In this document: positions 50,802 through 60,840 of the stretch, one piece after another
How the letters are laid out: each line of letters starts with the position of its first letter
How positions within the stretch are numbered: position 1 is the first letter of the stretch
Source: Prevotella sp. UBA1705
Lineage (GTDB): Bacteria; Bacteroidota; Bacteroidia; Bacteroidales; Bacteroidaceae
Direction of reading: 5' to 3'
NCBI GenBank assembly: GCA_002317385.1
Contig: DCJH01000067.1
Location: 29,727-93,726, forward strand
Length of the DNA stretch: 64,000 bases
Notes under the pieces: generated by a model
What the model was told of the DNA's origin: nothing
The model's database searches: none
Seen by the model: only the letters and a program-made list of their open reading frames with translations
Position numbers and translations under genes: made by a program

Positions 50802-51077
50802 GGTTTGTTCCAACCCCATGGCAAGGCAATGAGAGGCTGTTCGCATAGAGCAACATCTCATTGCCTTTCGTTTTTTCAAAGTCATTGCGAGGCTTCGGCC
50901 TTACGCCCGAGCATCACCCTGATGCCCACACCATGAACACGCGCCACGATGCGCCCCTCGACTGCAGACCTTCCGCCAGTTCACACACCGGCACTGCAGT
51001 CTAACGATTCTATCAAAAACCTGAAATTTTTATTGTTTTGCTTAGTTTTTTCCGTCGCTGAAAGGTATTAAGGGTAT

Positions 51078-51572
51078 ATGAAGCAAACGACAACAAACAT
51101 AGAACGGCTGTTCCGACAGCATTACGAGAGGATGTATCGACTGGCCAGAACGATACTCTTTGATGCCGACGAATGCCGCGACGTGGTGAGCGATGTGTTC
51201 GAACGGTTGCTCAGCGAGCCCGTGGTGCTGTTGCCCGAGACCGAGGAGGCCTATCTCCTGCGCAGCGTGCGCAACCGCTGTCTGCACGTCATTGCCCACA
51301 AGGACGTGCGCGAACGGGTGGGCCGACTGCTGTTAGAAAACGCCGACACCATCCTTTCCGACCACGACGACGAGCGGCTCGACCAGCTCATGCGCATCAT
51401 CGACCATCTGGAGCCACCCGTCCGGCAGCAGATTCTTCGCCTGCGGTTCCTGCAGGAAATGTCCTATCAGGAGGTGGCCACGGCGGTGGGCGTGAGCAAA
51501 GTGACCGTCTACAACCATCTGTCGCAAGCCATAGACACCATCAAGAAACTTTTTAACGAAGCAAAACAATGA
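51078..51572 (+). CDS. ECF RNA polymerase sigma factor
   Basis: LFRQHY, DVVSDVF, YLLRSVRNRCL, MSYQEVA..GVS..TVYNHL. Confidence 0.92.
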   Translation: MKQTTTNIERLFRQHYERMYRLARTILFDADECRDVVSDVFERLLSEPVVLLPETEEAYLLRSVRNRCLHVIAHKDVRERVGRLLLENADTILSDHDDERLDQLMRIIDHLEPPVRQQILRLRFLQEMSYQEVATAVGVSKVTVYNHLSQAIDTIKKLFNEAKQ

Positions 51573-52219
51573 AAAACGAAACCATCAACGACAAGCGGGC
51601 GATGCTGCTCGACGTGCAGGAGCATCCCGAACGATACACCGACGACCAGATCCGAGAGCTGTTGGCCGACGACGATGTGCGGTCTTTCGCCGAGACATTG
51701 GCCGCCACCAAGCGGGCCATGACACGCCAAGACGCTGACAATGTAGATGTGGACGCGGCGTGGCAACGCTTTGCCGACGCCCACCCCATGTCCCGCCGCA
51801 ACTGGCTGAAGATAGCCGCCGTCAGCTCGGGGGTGGTGTTTCTCTCGGGCATGGCATGGGCCGCAGCTGTGCAGCTGGGCCTGATCGGGTCGCCACGGAA
51901 ATCGGCCGACACTCCTCAGAAGCCGCAGACGGAGCTTCGCACGGCTGCCGACACGCTGACAACAGACACCCTCCGTACCCCGAAAGACTCGGTAAGCATG
52001 GCCCCCGTGACCTTCGACAATGCCGAACTCGGCACCATCCTCACGCAGATGGGCGCGTTCTATCATGTCGGCGTGGCTTTCCAGCAGGAGTCGTCCCGCC
52101 ACATTCGTCTCTATTTCCAGTGGGACAAGCACCTCGACCTGCAGCAACAGGTGGAACTGCTCAACAGTTTCGACCGCATCAGCATCACCCTGCACGACAA
52201 CCAACTCAACGTAGACTAA
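51569..52219 (+). CDS. Short FecR-like anti-sigma factor (TM plus C-terminal DUF4974-like domain)
   Basis: DVDAAWQRF, WLKIAA-TM, FDNAELGTIL..Y.V.V.F; ATGA overlap with the sigma gene. Confidence 0.8.
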   Translation: MKNETINDKRAMLLDVQEHPERYTDDQIRELLADDDVRSFAETLAATKRAMTRQDADNVDVDAAWQRFADAHPMSRRNWLKIAAVSSGVVFLSGMAWAAAVQLGLIGSPRKSADTPQKPQTELRTAADTLTTDTLRTPKDSVSMAPVTFDNAELGTILTQMGAFYHVGVAFQQESSRHIRLYFQWDKHLDLQQQVELLNSFDRISITLHDNQLNVD

Positions 52220-52222
52220 GCC

Positions 52223-54763
52223 ATGAAACACTTTTATCTCTACCTGCTCTGTGCCCTGGCCCTCCCGCTCCAGGCGCAGCGCATCAGCCGACAATATCGC
52301 AACGTGTCGATGGCCGACGCCCTGCGTGAGCTCAACACGCTGCAAAAGCGATACACCGTGAACTTCATCTACGACGATTTGGAGGATTTCCGGGTGACGA
52401 CGGAGGTGCGTGGCAAGAGCGTGCCTGATGCCATCCAGCAGATCATCGGCTTCTATCCCATCGCCGTGACGCAAAAGGGCGACGTGCTCCTCGTGGAGTG
52501 TACGCACAAGACCGAGCGCCATCTCACCGGCAAGATTATCGACGAGCAGGGCGAGGCGGTGGCCTTTGCCAACGTGCTGTTGCTCTCTCCCACCGACTCC
52601 ACGGTCATTGCGGGTGGCGTGAGCAATGAGAGCGGCGTGTTCGTGGTGCCCTATGAGCCGGCCAAAGTGCTGGCCAAAATCAGCTATGTGGGCTACAAGA
52701 CGTTCTATCGCGTATTCACAACCGAGCAGGCCGGCACCATTCGCCTCCAGCCCGAGACCCAGACGCTGCACGGTGTGACCGTGAAACGCTACCGCGCTAA
52801 CTACAAAATGACCGGCGAGGGCATGGTGACCACGGTGGAAAACACAGCACTGGCCCACATCGGCTCGGCTTCCGACGTGCTCGAACACTTGCCCCTGATG
52901 CAGAAATCGGGCAACGGAGAGTTGACGGTTTTTGGCAAAGGCGTGCCCGAGATCTATGTCAACGGGCGCAAAATGCAGAATGCCAACGAATTGAAGACAC
53001 TGAAATCGGAGGACATCAAACAAGTAGAACTCATCACTTCTCCGGGTGCAAAGTACGACGCATCGGTACGCGCCGTGGTGAATATCAAGACCATTGCCCG
53101 CCAGGGCGACGGCTTCAGCTTCGACGTAGAAGGCTCCGTGGCACAATATGCCCATGCCACCAATCTTGAGGGAGACCTCTTGATGAACTACCGGCATGGC
53201 GGACTCGATGTGTTCGACCATATTTATTATACACAGGGAAAATACTACACTTTCAACCAGATGCGTCAGGACCTCCCGTTAGATACCCTTTGGTCTCAGG
53301 TCATTAACAACGACTGGGTTCAGAAAGAGCGTGAGGTGGAGAATACATTTGGTGTGAACTACGCCATCGATGAGCACAATTCGGTAGGTGCCAAATATGT
53401 TATTGACCTCCAGCCGCAGCAGTATCAGCGCCTCAAAAACACCTCGGAGGTCACGGCCGACGGTCAGATGTATGACCATATCACAGCCGTGGGCGAGGAG
53501 GATACACACTCGAAACCGTCGCATCAGTTCAATGTCTACTACAATGGCAGCCTCGGCGGCACATCCGTTGACCTCAACGTGGACTATCTCTATAGCCAGC
53601 ACCGCACTCAGTCGCAGACCCGTGAGCAGAGCGAGACTATCGGAAGTCGGGTGGTCGACGCTGAGAACAAGCTGCGTAACCGGCTCTTTGCCACCAAACT
53701 CATCCTCGGACGGGAGTGGCTCGGCGGCCAGCTCGATTTCGGAGCAGAGTACACCAACACCCATCGCAACGACGATTACCTCAACCCACAGAACATTGTG
53801 CCCACGTCATACGCCCGTCTCGATGAGCAGCGCACAAGCCCATTCGTCCAGTTCAAGCGTCTGGTGAAGGGTGTAGGACAGTTCACTGTGGGGGCAAGAT
53901 ATGAGTTTGCGAACTTTGATTACTACCAAAACGGACAGCATGTCGATGACCAGAGTCGTCGGTTCAACAACCTTTTCCCAAGCCTTTCATGGGGTTTTCG
54001 CTTCGGTTCTTTACAGGGACAACTCTCCTATACCACCCGCACCAAGCGCCCATCCTACCGCGATTTGTCCAACAATGTGACCTATGCCAACCGCTTCTTG
54101 CGCAATTCGGGCAATCCTTCCCTACAATCGGGCTATATCCACGACATCACTTTGCAAGGCATGTACCACTGGTTGCTGTTCAGCATCACCTATACCGACG
54201 TGCGCCATGACATAGTTTGGGATGCCCAACTGGTAGATAACCAACCTATCACGCTGCTCACCCACACCAATGTAAAGACCTTGAAGACCCTCCAGCCAGC
54301 CGTGGTGCTCGTGCCCCGATTCGGGTTTTACAGTCCAAAACTCACCTTGGCGATGAACAAACAATGGTTCCGATATCAGGGTGTAGACTGCAACAAGCCC
54401 GTTTTCTTCGCCACCTTCGACAACGATTTCAAGTTCTCTGAGACTCTTTCGGCCAATATTCTGTGGAGCTTTCAGGGCAAAGGTCATTATCAGAACGTCT
54501 ACCTCGACATGGTACGCAGCCATCTCGACCTCAGCGTCACCAAGCTTCTGTGTCATAAGCAACTCAGCATTCGTCTGGCTGCAAAGGATATTTTCCGGAA
54601 TATGAAGGATGGCAACCACATCTATAGCAATGGTACCGTCTATTATCAAAGCAATATCTATGACAAGCGCTGCTTGACTTTGACTGTGAAATACAGTTTT
54701 AACTCTGCCAAGAGTAAGTATAAAGGTACCGGTGCGGGCAACGAAGAGAAGAAGAGATTGTAA
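52223..54763 (+). CDS. TonB-dependent-like receptor with N-terminal STN-like and CarboxypepD_reg-like domains, copy 1
   Basis: VSMADALREL..YTVNFI, GKIIDEQGE..FANV, ISYVGYKT, plug VELITSPGAKYDA, barrel, tail SKYKGTGAG. Confidence 0.85.
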   Translation: MKHFYLYLLCALALPLQAQRISRQYRNVSMADALRELNTLQKRYTVNFIYDDLEDFRVTTEVRGKSVPDAIQQIIGFYPIAVTQKGDVLLVECTHKTERHLTGKIIDEQGEAVAFANVLLLSPTDSTVIAGGVSNESGVFVVPYEPAKVLAKISYVGYKTFYRVFTTEQAGTIRLQPETQTLHGVTVKRYRANYKMTGEGMVTTVENTALAHIGSASDVLEHLPLMQKSGNGELTVFGKGVPEIYVNGRKMQNANELKTLKSEDIKQVELITSPGAKYDASVRAVVNIKTIARQGDGFSFDVEGSVAQYAHATNLEGDLLMNYRHGGLDVFDHIYYTQGKYYTFNQMRQDLPLDTLWSQVINNDWVQKEREVENTFGVNYAIDEHNSVGAKYVIDLQPQQYQRLKNTSEVTADGQMYDHITAVGEEDTHSKPSHQFNVYYNGSLGGTSVDLNVDYLYSQHRTQSQTREQSETIGSRVVDAENKLRNRLFATKLILGREWLGGQLDFGAEYTNTHRNDDYLNPQNIVPTSYARLDEQRTSPFVQFKRLVKGVGQFTVGARYEFANFDYYQNGQHVDDQSRRFNNLFPSLSWGFRFGSLQGQLSYTTRTKRPSYRDLSNNVTYANRFLRNSGNPSLQSGYIHDITLQGMYHWLLFSITYTDVRHDIVWDAQLVDNQPITLLTHTNVKTLKTLQPAVVLVPRFGFYSPKLTLAMNKQWFRYQGVDCNKPVFFATFDNDFKFSETLSANILWSFQGKGHYQNVYLDMVRSHLDLSVTKLLCHKQLSIRLAAKDIFRNMKDGNHIYSNGTVYYQSNIYDKRCLTLTVKYSFNSAKSKYKGTGAGNEEKKRL
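52274..52768 (+). repeat. 495-bp direct repeat, copy 1
   Basis: Ungapped match to 54850-55344, about 19 substitutions by manual count. Confidence 0.92.
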
Positions 54764-54789
54764 CAAATCACCCACCCTATTCAAAGAAA

Positions 54790-57345
54790 ATGGCCATGAT
54801 AAAAAAGATTATCCACATTTTGTTATGCTTTTTCTGCAGTCTGACCTATGCGCAGCGCATCACCCGACAATACCGCAACGTGTCGATGGCCGACGCCCTG
54901 CGTGAGCTCAACACGCTGCAAAAGCGATACACCGTGAACTTCATCTACGACGATTTGGAGGATTTCCGGGTGACGACGGAGGTGCGCGGCAAGAGCGTGC
55001 CTGATGCCCTCCAGCAGATCATCGGCTTCTATCCCATCTCCGTGACGCAGAAGGGCGACGTGCTCCTCGTGGAGTGCACGCATAAGGCCGAGCGCCATCT
55101 CACCGGCAAGATTATCGACGAACAGGGCGAGGCGGTGGCCTTTGCCAACGTGTTGCTGCTTTCTCCCACCGACTCCACCGTCATTGCGGGCGGCGTGAGC
55201 AATGAGAGCGGCGTGTTCGTGGTGCCTTACGAGCCGGCCAAAGTGCTGGCCAAAATCAGCTATGTGGGCTACAAGACGTTCTACCGCTTATTCACAACCG
55301 AGCAGGCCGGCACCATTCGCCTCCAGCCCGAGACCCAGACGCTGACGGCGGTGAAGGTGAAAGCCCTGCGCCCACAGTACAAAATGACCAAGGGCGGGAT
55401 GCTTGTGGAAGTGGAACACAGCCTGTTGAGCCAGTTGGGAACGGCACAGGACGTGCTCGGCCAGCTGCCACGCCTAACCGTCAGCAAGGGGAAAGTCACG
55501 GTATTCGCAAGAGGAGAGGCCGAAGTATATATCAACAACAAGAAAGTGCAGAACGACCTCGACCTCTCGCGCCTGAAATCTACGGACATCAAAAGTGTGG
55601 AAATCATCACCAGCCCAGGCGCGGAGTACAACGCGGAGGTAATGTCTGTTGTGCGCATCAAGACCATCAAGAAGCAAGGAGAGGGACTGAGTGCACGCAA
55701 TGAAGCCAGCATCGAACTGAACCATAAGAACGGCGGACACAACGACCTGAGCCTGCAATATTATAAAAAAGGGTTGGAACTATTCTCGGACGTGTATTTC
55801 AGCAACACTTGGTTTGCCGAGGACAACCATCTGAAAACCACCATGCACAAAGATAATAACACCCTGACCGTGGACCAAGACCTGGAAGACGGAAGCCGTT
55901 CTGCATTTCTTTCCGGACAGTTTGGGGCAAACTATGACATCAACGAGAATCACTCGGTGGGCGCAACCTATACCCTGGAAGGAAGTCTGTTTACCAAAGG
56001 CTACGGCTATGGCACCTACCAGGTGGAGCAAAACGGCACAACGCAGGGGATGGTAGACTTCGACACCCGGTTTAACATGAAGAACGGGCCAGGCCATGAG
56101 TTCAACTTATATTATATGGGGAAACTGGGGAAAGTAGGAATTGACTTGAACGGCACCTACGTTCGGAGAAGAACCCAAACCTTTGGCTCCACCATGGAGA
56201 CAAGCGAACAGTTGGACAACCGTACGGCCAACACCCATTCCACCCAGCGCAACAGCCTGTGGGCTGGCAAACTGATACTGAGCTATCCCGTCGGAAAGGC
56301 TGGCAATGTGAGTGGCGGCACAGAGATGACCCACACCAAGGCGTATGGCGACTACGACATAGCCGAAGGATACATCGACAATTCACAGAACAACATCAAT
56401 GAGCACAATATCGCCGGCTTTGCCGAATGGAATCTTTCTGTAGGCAAATGGAGCTTCAATGTAGGACTGCGCTATGAACATGTCACTTCCGATTTCTACT
56501 CCTATGGCCGCTATCAGAGTGACCTCTCACGCCGATACTCGCAGTGGTTTCCTTCGGCTACTATCTCCTACGATGGAAGTCCCTGGGGAGTCCAGCTCAG
56601 CTACGTATCAAAAACCAATCGCCCCTACTACGCCCAGCTGCGCAACGACATGCAATACGACAACCGGTATCAGTATGAAGGAGGCAACCCCTCGCTCATT
56701 TCCTCCATCATTCATCGCATAGAGGCCTCACTCACTCGGCGTTGGCTCAATGTCTCCGCGGCATATACCTATATCAAGCAACCCTTTATGTGGACTAATT
56801 ATTTCTATCAAGACCAGACGATAGCCGTAACTACTTACCGCAATTATCCCCGAAAACAAACGCTGGATGCCAGTATCATCCTGTCGCCCAAGTTCGGGTG
56901 GTATCAGCCTACGCTGGAAGCCGACTACTCGCAGCAGATTTTCGACACTCGGAAATATGGGTTAGACTTCACTATGAACAGGCCCGACATCATTCTGAAA
57001 CTCAGAAATCGATTTGTCATTTCAAGCAATTGCTTTGTCGTACTCGGTGCTGGATTTGACAGTTATGGTGATGACGACTTCTTCCGGGGGCAGTCCAACT
57101 GGCAGATGGGAGGCTCCATCCATCGGGCTTTTTTCAACAAAGCACTGATCCTCAATATCTTTGCGAATGACATTTTCAGGACGCAGAAGGTGCACCATAT
57201 ACGATATAGCAAGAATATATCCACCCAAAAGGACTGCTACATGTATAACCAGTGCATCGGATTCACCGTGACCTACAACTTCAACTCTACCCGAAGCAAG
57301 TATAAGGGTACCGGCGCGGGCAACGAGGAGAAGCGAAGACTGTGA
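54790..57345 (+). CDS. TonB-dependent-like receptor, copy 2
   Basis: Same architecture; VEIITSPGAEYNA, tail SKYKGTGAGNEEKRRL. Confidence 0.85.
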   Translation: MAMIKKIIHILLCFFCSLTYAQRITRQYRNVSMADALRELNTLQKRYTVNFIYDDLEDFRVTTEVRGKSVPDALQQIIGFYPISVTQKGDVLLVECTHKAERHLTGKIIDEQGEAVAFANVLLLSPTDSTVIAGGVSNESGVFVVPYEPAKVLAKISYVGYKTFYRLFTTEQAGTIRLQPETQTLTAVKVKALRPQYKMTKGGMLVEVEHSLLSQLGTAQDVLGQLPRLTVSKGKVTVFARGEAEVYINNKKVQNDLDLSRLKSTDIKSVEIITSPGAEYNAEVMSVVRIKTIKKQGEGLSARNEASIELNHKNGGHNDLSLQYYKKGLELFSDVYFSNTWFAEDNHLKTTMHKDNNTLTVDQDLEDGSRSAFLSGQFGANYDINENHSVGATYTLEGSLFTKGYGYGTYQVEQNGTTQGMVDFDTRFNMKNGPGHEFNLYYMGKLGKVGIDLNGTYVRRRTQTFGSTMETSEQLDNRTANTHSTQRNSLWAGKLILSYPVGKAGNVSGGTEMTHTKAYGDYDIAEGYIDNSQNNINEHNIAGFAEWNLSVGKWSFNVGLRYEHVTSDFYSYGRYQSDLSRRYSQWFPSATISYDGSPWGVQLSYVSKTNRPYYAQLRNDMQYDNRYQYEGGNPSLISSIIHRIEASLTRRWLNVSAAYTYIKQPFMWTNYFYQDQTIAVTTYRNYPRKQTLDASIILSPKFGWYQPTLEADYSQQIFDTRKYGLDFTMNRPDIILKLRNRFVISSNCFVVLGAGFDSYGDDDFFRGQSNWQMGGSIHRAFFNKALILNIFANDIFRTQKVHHIRYSKNISTQKDCYMYNQCIGFTVTYNFNSTRSKYKGTGAGNEEKRRL
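54850..55344 (+). repeat. 495-bp direct repeat, copy 2
   Basis: Offset 2576 bp from copy 1. Confidence 0.92.
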
Positions 57346-57346
57346 G

Positions 57347-57417
57347 GGGAATGACGAGTTTGTAGTGACGAATGAGGAATGATGGCTGACGAATGAAGAA
57401 TTAGAAATGAACGATTG
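57347..57417 (-). repeat. Degenerate heptamer tandem repeat (ACGAATG, reverse complement of CATTCGT)
   Basis: gggaatg acgagtt tgtagtg acgaatg aggaatg atggctg acgaatg aagaatt agaaatg. Confidence 0.7.
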
Positions 57418-57589
57418 ACTATGGTGAAAACCGCAGATGGATGCGGCATTTTGTCAGGATTATTAGGAGGAATTAAGGTCGAAAACAGGTAAGCATCTAA
57501 GACCAAATAGGGCTACAACTGGCCTCAAAATAGGAAACACCGACCCTTTTCCATGGGAAACACACACCATATTAATCAAAATTCTCTCT

Positions 57590-57738
57590 GATCAAGGCCC
57601 AAACGTAAATGTTTTGGGCCTTGATCGTGTCGTGTTCAGGCCGTTTTCGCAAGGCGAAAAGGTACTAATCGCAAGGCGAAAAGGGCTTAATCGCAATGCT
57701 GAAAAATCCGCTTGAAATGCAAATAGCTGATTATCAGC
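57590..57738. repeat. 22-bp-period intergenic element, copy E, preceded by a hairpin
   Basis: gatcaaggccc/gggccttgatc hairpin; tcgcaaggcgaaaagg at 57647 and 57669; side box caaatagctgattatcag at 57720-57737. Confidence 0.8.
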
Positions 57739-57895
57739 GGTCTCAAAAAATCGAATTTTCGGCTCGATTTCGCAGTTGTGGACAGACTGGTAGGCTGAAA
57801 TCGAAAGAAAACGGGGATATTCAAAATATTTCATTTGAATATCCCCGCAAATCCAATGGGGTGAAAGGGTGGGGAAGGAGGGCCCTCGGCAGGGC

Positions 57896-59224
57896 TTAAT
57901 CTTCCGGTTCCTCGCTCTTGCCGAAGTCGGGATCAAACTTCAGGAAGGCGGCCAGCACAAACATGATGGCGCATGAAGCCAGTGTGAAGAGGAAGAAATG
58001 GCGGTAGCCCATCGACTCCTGAAGGGTGCCGGCAACAATGCCCGGCAACATCATCGAGAGGAACATCATGGCCGATGCCAGCGCATAGTGACTGGTCTTG
58101 TATTCTCCACGACTATAATAAATCATGAAAAGCATGTAGGCCGTGAGCCCGAAGCCGTAGCCAAACTGCTCTACAAACACGCAGAGATTGATGACCATGA
58201 GGCTTGACGGCAGGCTGTAGCTCAGGAAAACATACACGATTTCGGGCAGCGTGAAGGCCAGCACCATGGGCCAGAGCCATCGTTTCAGTCCGTCGCGACT
58301 GGCCAGCCATCCGCCCAGAATGCCTCCGCAGGCTATACCGATGATGCCCACTGTGCCCTGCACGAGGCCGTATTCCTGTGGCGAGAGCCCCAGTCCGCCG
58401 TTGTGTCCGGCATCGATGAGAAACAGCTCCGACACCTTGGAGAGCAGTCCTTCGGGCATGCGGAAGAAGAGAATGAACAGCACGGCAAACACCACCTGGT
58501 CTTTGGTGAAGAACGTGTGGAACGTCTCCAAGAACCCGTGCCATATCGTTTGCGCGTTGGTGTAGACGTGCTTCACGTCGGATTTGGCGAAGGGCAGCGA
58601 GTAGTTGTGCCACAGCCACAGGGCCAGAAACAGGCCCATGACCCCATAAAACATGAGGCTCCACGAGAAAGAGATGCTGTTGCGGAACACCACCTGCAGG
58701 TTGCCGGCCACCATCACGAGTATGCCCTGGCCGAAGATAGTGGCAAACCGGTCGAAGAGCGTGCGGATACCCATGAAGCTTGCCTGCTGATGCGGGTTGA
58801 GGCCCAGCATGTAGAATCCGTCGGCCGCTACGCAATGGCTGGCTCCGGCAAACGCCATGACCCAGAAGAAGAATAGCGAACCTTGCATCCATAGTGCCGT
58901 GGGGATGGTGAAGGCGATGCCTCCGAAGGCGGCGCCGATGAGCACTTCCATGGCCAGAATCCACCAACGCTTGGTCTTCACGAGGTCGATGAACGGGCTC
59001 CAGATGGGTTTGAGCACCCAGGGCAGGTAGAGCCAGGAGGTGTAGAAGGTGATGGCGGCATTGCTCAACCCCAGTTGCTTGTAGAGCAGCACCGAGATAG
59101 TCATCACCGCTACCGACGGGAGGCTGTCGCTGAACGTGAGCGACGGCACCCAGTTCCACGGCGAGCGGGGAGACGATCCTTGGCCTTTGTGCGGCTGATG
59201 GTTGGGTGATGATATGGAATTCAT
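57896..59224 (-). CDS. AmpG-like MFS permease
   Basis: SPWNWVP, LYLPWVLKPIWSPFID, AADGFY, EQFGYGFG, TSHYA; about 12 TM segments. Confidence 0.85.
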   Translation of the reverse strand: MNSISSPNHQPHKGQGSSPRSPWNWVPSLTFSDSLPSVAVMTISVLLYKQLGLSNAAITFYTSWLYLPWVLKPIWSPFIDLVKTKRWWILAMEVLIGAAFGGIAFTIPTALWMQGSLFFFWVMAFAGASHCVAADGFYMLGLNPHQQASFMGIRTLFDRFATIFGQGILVMVAGNLQVVFRNSISFSWSLMFYGVMGLFLALWLWHNYSLPFAKSDVKHVYTNAQTIWHGFLETFHTFFTKDQVVFAVLFILFFRMPEGLLSKVSELFLIDAGHNGGLGLSPQEYGLVQGTVGIIGIACGGILGGWLASRDGLKRWLWPMVLAFTLPEIVYVFLSYSLPSSLMVINLCVFVEQFGYGFGLTAYMLFMIYYSRGEYKTSHYALASAMMFLSMMLPGIVAGTLQESMGYRHFFLFTLASCAIMFVLAAFLKFDPDFGKSEEPED

Positions 59225-59266
59225 GTGTTTTTACGTTTGAAAAATATTGGTTTTTGGGGTCCGGAG

Positions 59267-60640
59267 TCACTCGTAGACCTTCGTAATGTCGGCTCCCGGA
59301 TAGTAGTGTAGCAGGATGGCGTCGTAGGCATAACCCTTTTCGCCCATCACGGCGGCACCGATTTGGCATAGTCCTACACCGTGTCCCCATCCTGCGCCGA
59401 CGATGGTCAGCGATGCCGGAATGCCGTCGGCGCCGATGTCGTGGCGGTCTACCACGAAGGCCGAGCTGTAGAGATGGCTCTCGCTCAGGGCCCGCCTGAT
59501 TTCCAGTTCCTTGCCCACATTCATGGTCTTGCGCGTGCCCACAATCTTCAACCGTGTGATGCGGGCGCTTCGCCCGCGCTCTATCGGCACGAGGTCTACA
59601 ATCTGTCCGAAGTCTATGCCCAGCTTGCGGGCAATGAGTTCGGAGAGTTGCTGCTGGGTGTAGGTCACCTGCCAGCGGTAGAAGTCGGCCGTTTCCTGGT
59701 CGTATCCGTTGAGCACCTGCGAGAGGATGCGGCCGTCGGTGGTGTTGCAGAAGCTGTCGGGCGCGCTCCTGATCCATCGTTCCGCGTTCTGCTCCACGGT
59801 GAGGTCGGGAAACTGGTGGGGCGTGGGGGTGTCGGCCAGAGCCACGAGATAGGGCTTGGGACGGTCTTCCCAGCAAAACTGATACTCCTCCATCACGCCG
59901 CCGCAGCACTTTGAGAAGCGTGCGTCGCAGATGTCGCCGTGGCTCATCAGCAGCTGTCCACGCGTGGTCTCGATGGCTTGTGCCACCCTCGGATTGGTCT
60001 CGCGGGTGATGCCTTGGTAGCGCTGACAGTGGTCGTCGGCACACACGTCGAAGAGCGTGTGGTCGTCTTGGTCGTACCATCGGATGAGCGTGTCGTCGGT
60101 GCGGAGCGTCGATGGCGTCTTCTCGGCCTTGGGAGCCTTTCTGCGTTGCATCTGGGCCAGCAGCCACGAACGGCTGATCACGGCGTGGGCCTTGAGCAGT
60201 TCGAGGCTCGAGTCGCCGCTCATCTCGCTGGAGATGACACTTCGCAGATAGTCTTCCACGGGCAGCTCGTTGATGGCGCACACCTTTTCGCCGTCGACCA
60301 CAAGGCGCAGATGGCCCGAGAAAGTCTGGGTCTCCTTGCGCTCCCAGTGGAAGTTCACGCCAATGGTAACGTCTCGGAGCGAGAAAGAATCGGTGGGGTA
60401 GATCGATTGGAAGTGCAGTTCGTCGTAGCGATGGCCGTTCCAGAGCAGTCGGCCGTCGGCATATTCCACCTGCTGTTCGCCCGACACGTTCTGGTGGGCA
60501 AGGCGGTAGGGGGCGTTCAGCGAGAAGCAAATCTTCTTTCCACTGACTATTCCTACGGTCACACGGGGCTCTGTGCCCTGAAGATGAGGCTGGCCGGCCG
60601 ACGGTCTGAGCTCTCTATGCTGATTTGTTTCGAGTTTCAT
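59267..60640 (-). CDS. SpoIID/LytB domain protein
   Basis: INELPVEDYL.SVISSEM, LKAHAVISRS, CQRYQG, GWGHGVGLCQIGA, IL.HYYPG; TATCTTTG at 60778-60785. Confidence 0.9.
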   Translation of the reverse strand: MKLETNQHRELRPSAGQPHLQGTEPRVTVGIVSGKKICFSLNAPYRLAHQNVSGEQQVEYADGRLLWNGHRYDELHFQSIYPTDSFSLRDVTIGVNFHWERKETQTFSGHLRLVVDGEKVCAINELPVEDYLRSVISSEMSGDSSLELLKAHAVISRSWLLAQMQRRKAPKAEKTPSTLRTDDTLIRWYDQDDHTLFDVCADDHCQRYQGITRETNPRVAQAIETTRGQLLMSHGDICDARFSKCCGGVMEEYQFCWEDRPKPYLVALADTPTPHQFPDLTVEQNAERWIRSAPDSFCNTTDGRILSQVLNGYDQETADFYRWQVTYTQQQLSELIARKLGIDFGQIVDLVPIERGRSARITRLKIVGTRKTMNVGKELEIRRALSESHLYSSAFVVDRHDIGADGIPASLTIVGAGWGHGVGLCQIGAAVMGEKGYAYDAILLHYYPGADITKVYE

Positions 60641-60840
60641 GACAATGTTGCTGTTACTTCAACTTCCAATCCTGAATCCCATCCCGCACCACGCTGACGG
60701 TTGCGCCCCACGAAAACCGGGCGACAACAGACCCGCGCCAGACGGCTAACGGCATCGCAGTCAGGATGAAAACTTTGCAAAGATAGCGAAAATAGGGCAC
60801 AAAACGCAGACTTTACTTAAAAAGTTTGTATCTTTGCACA

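Noticed and set aside
58113-60530. 805-aa minus-strand ORF
   Set aside because: Alternate frame over the SpoIID and AmpG genes, R/P/A/G-rich with no motifs; typical shadow of high GC3 coding.
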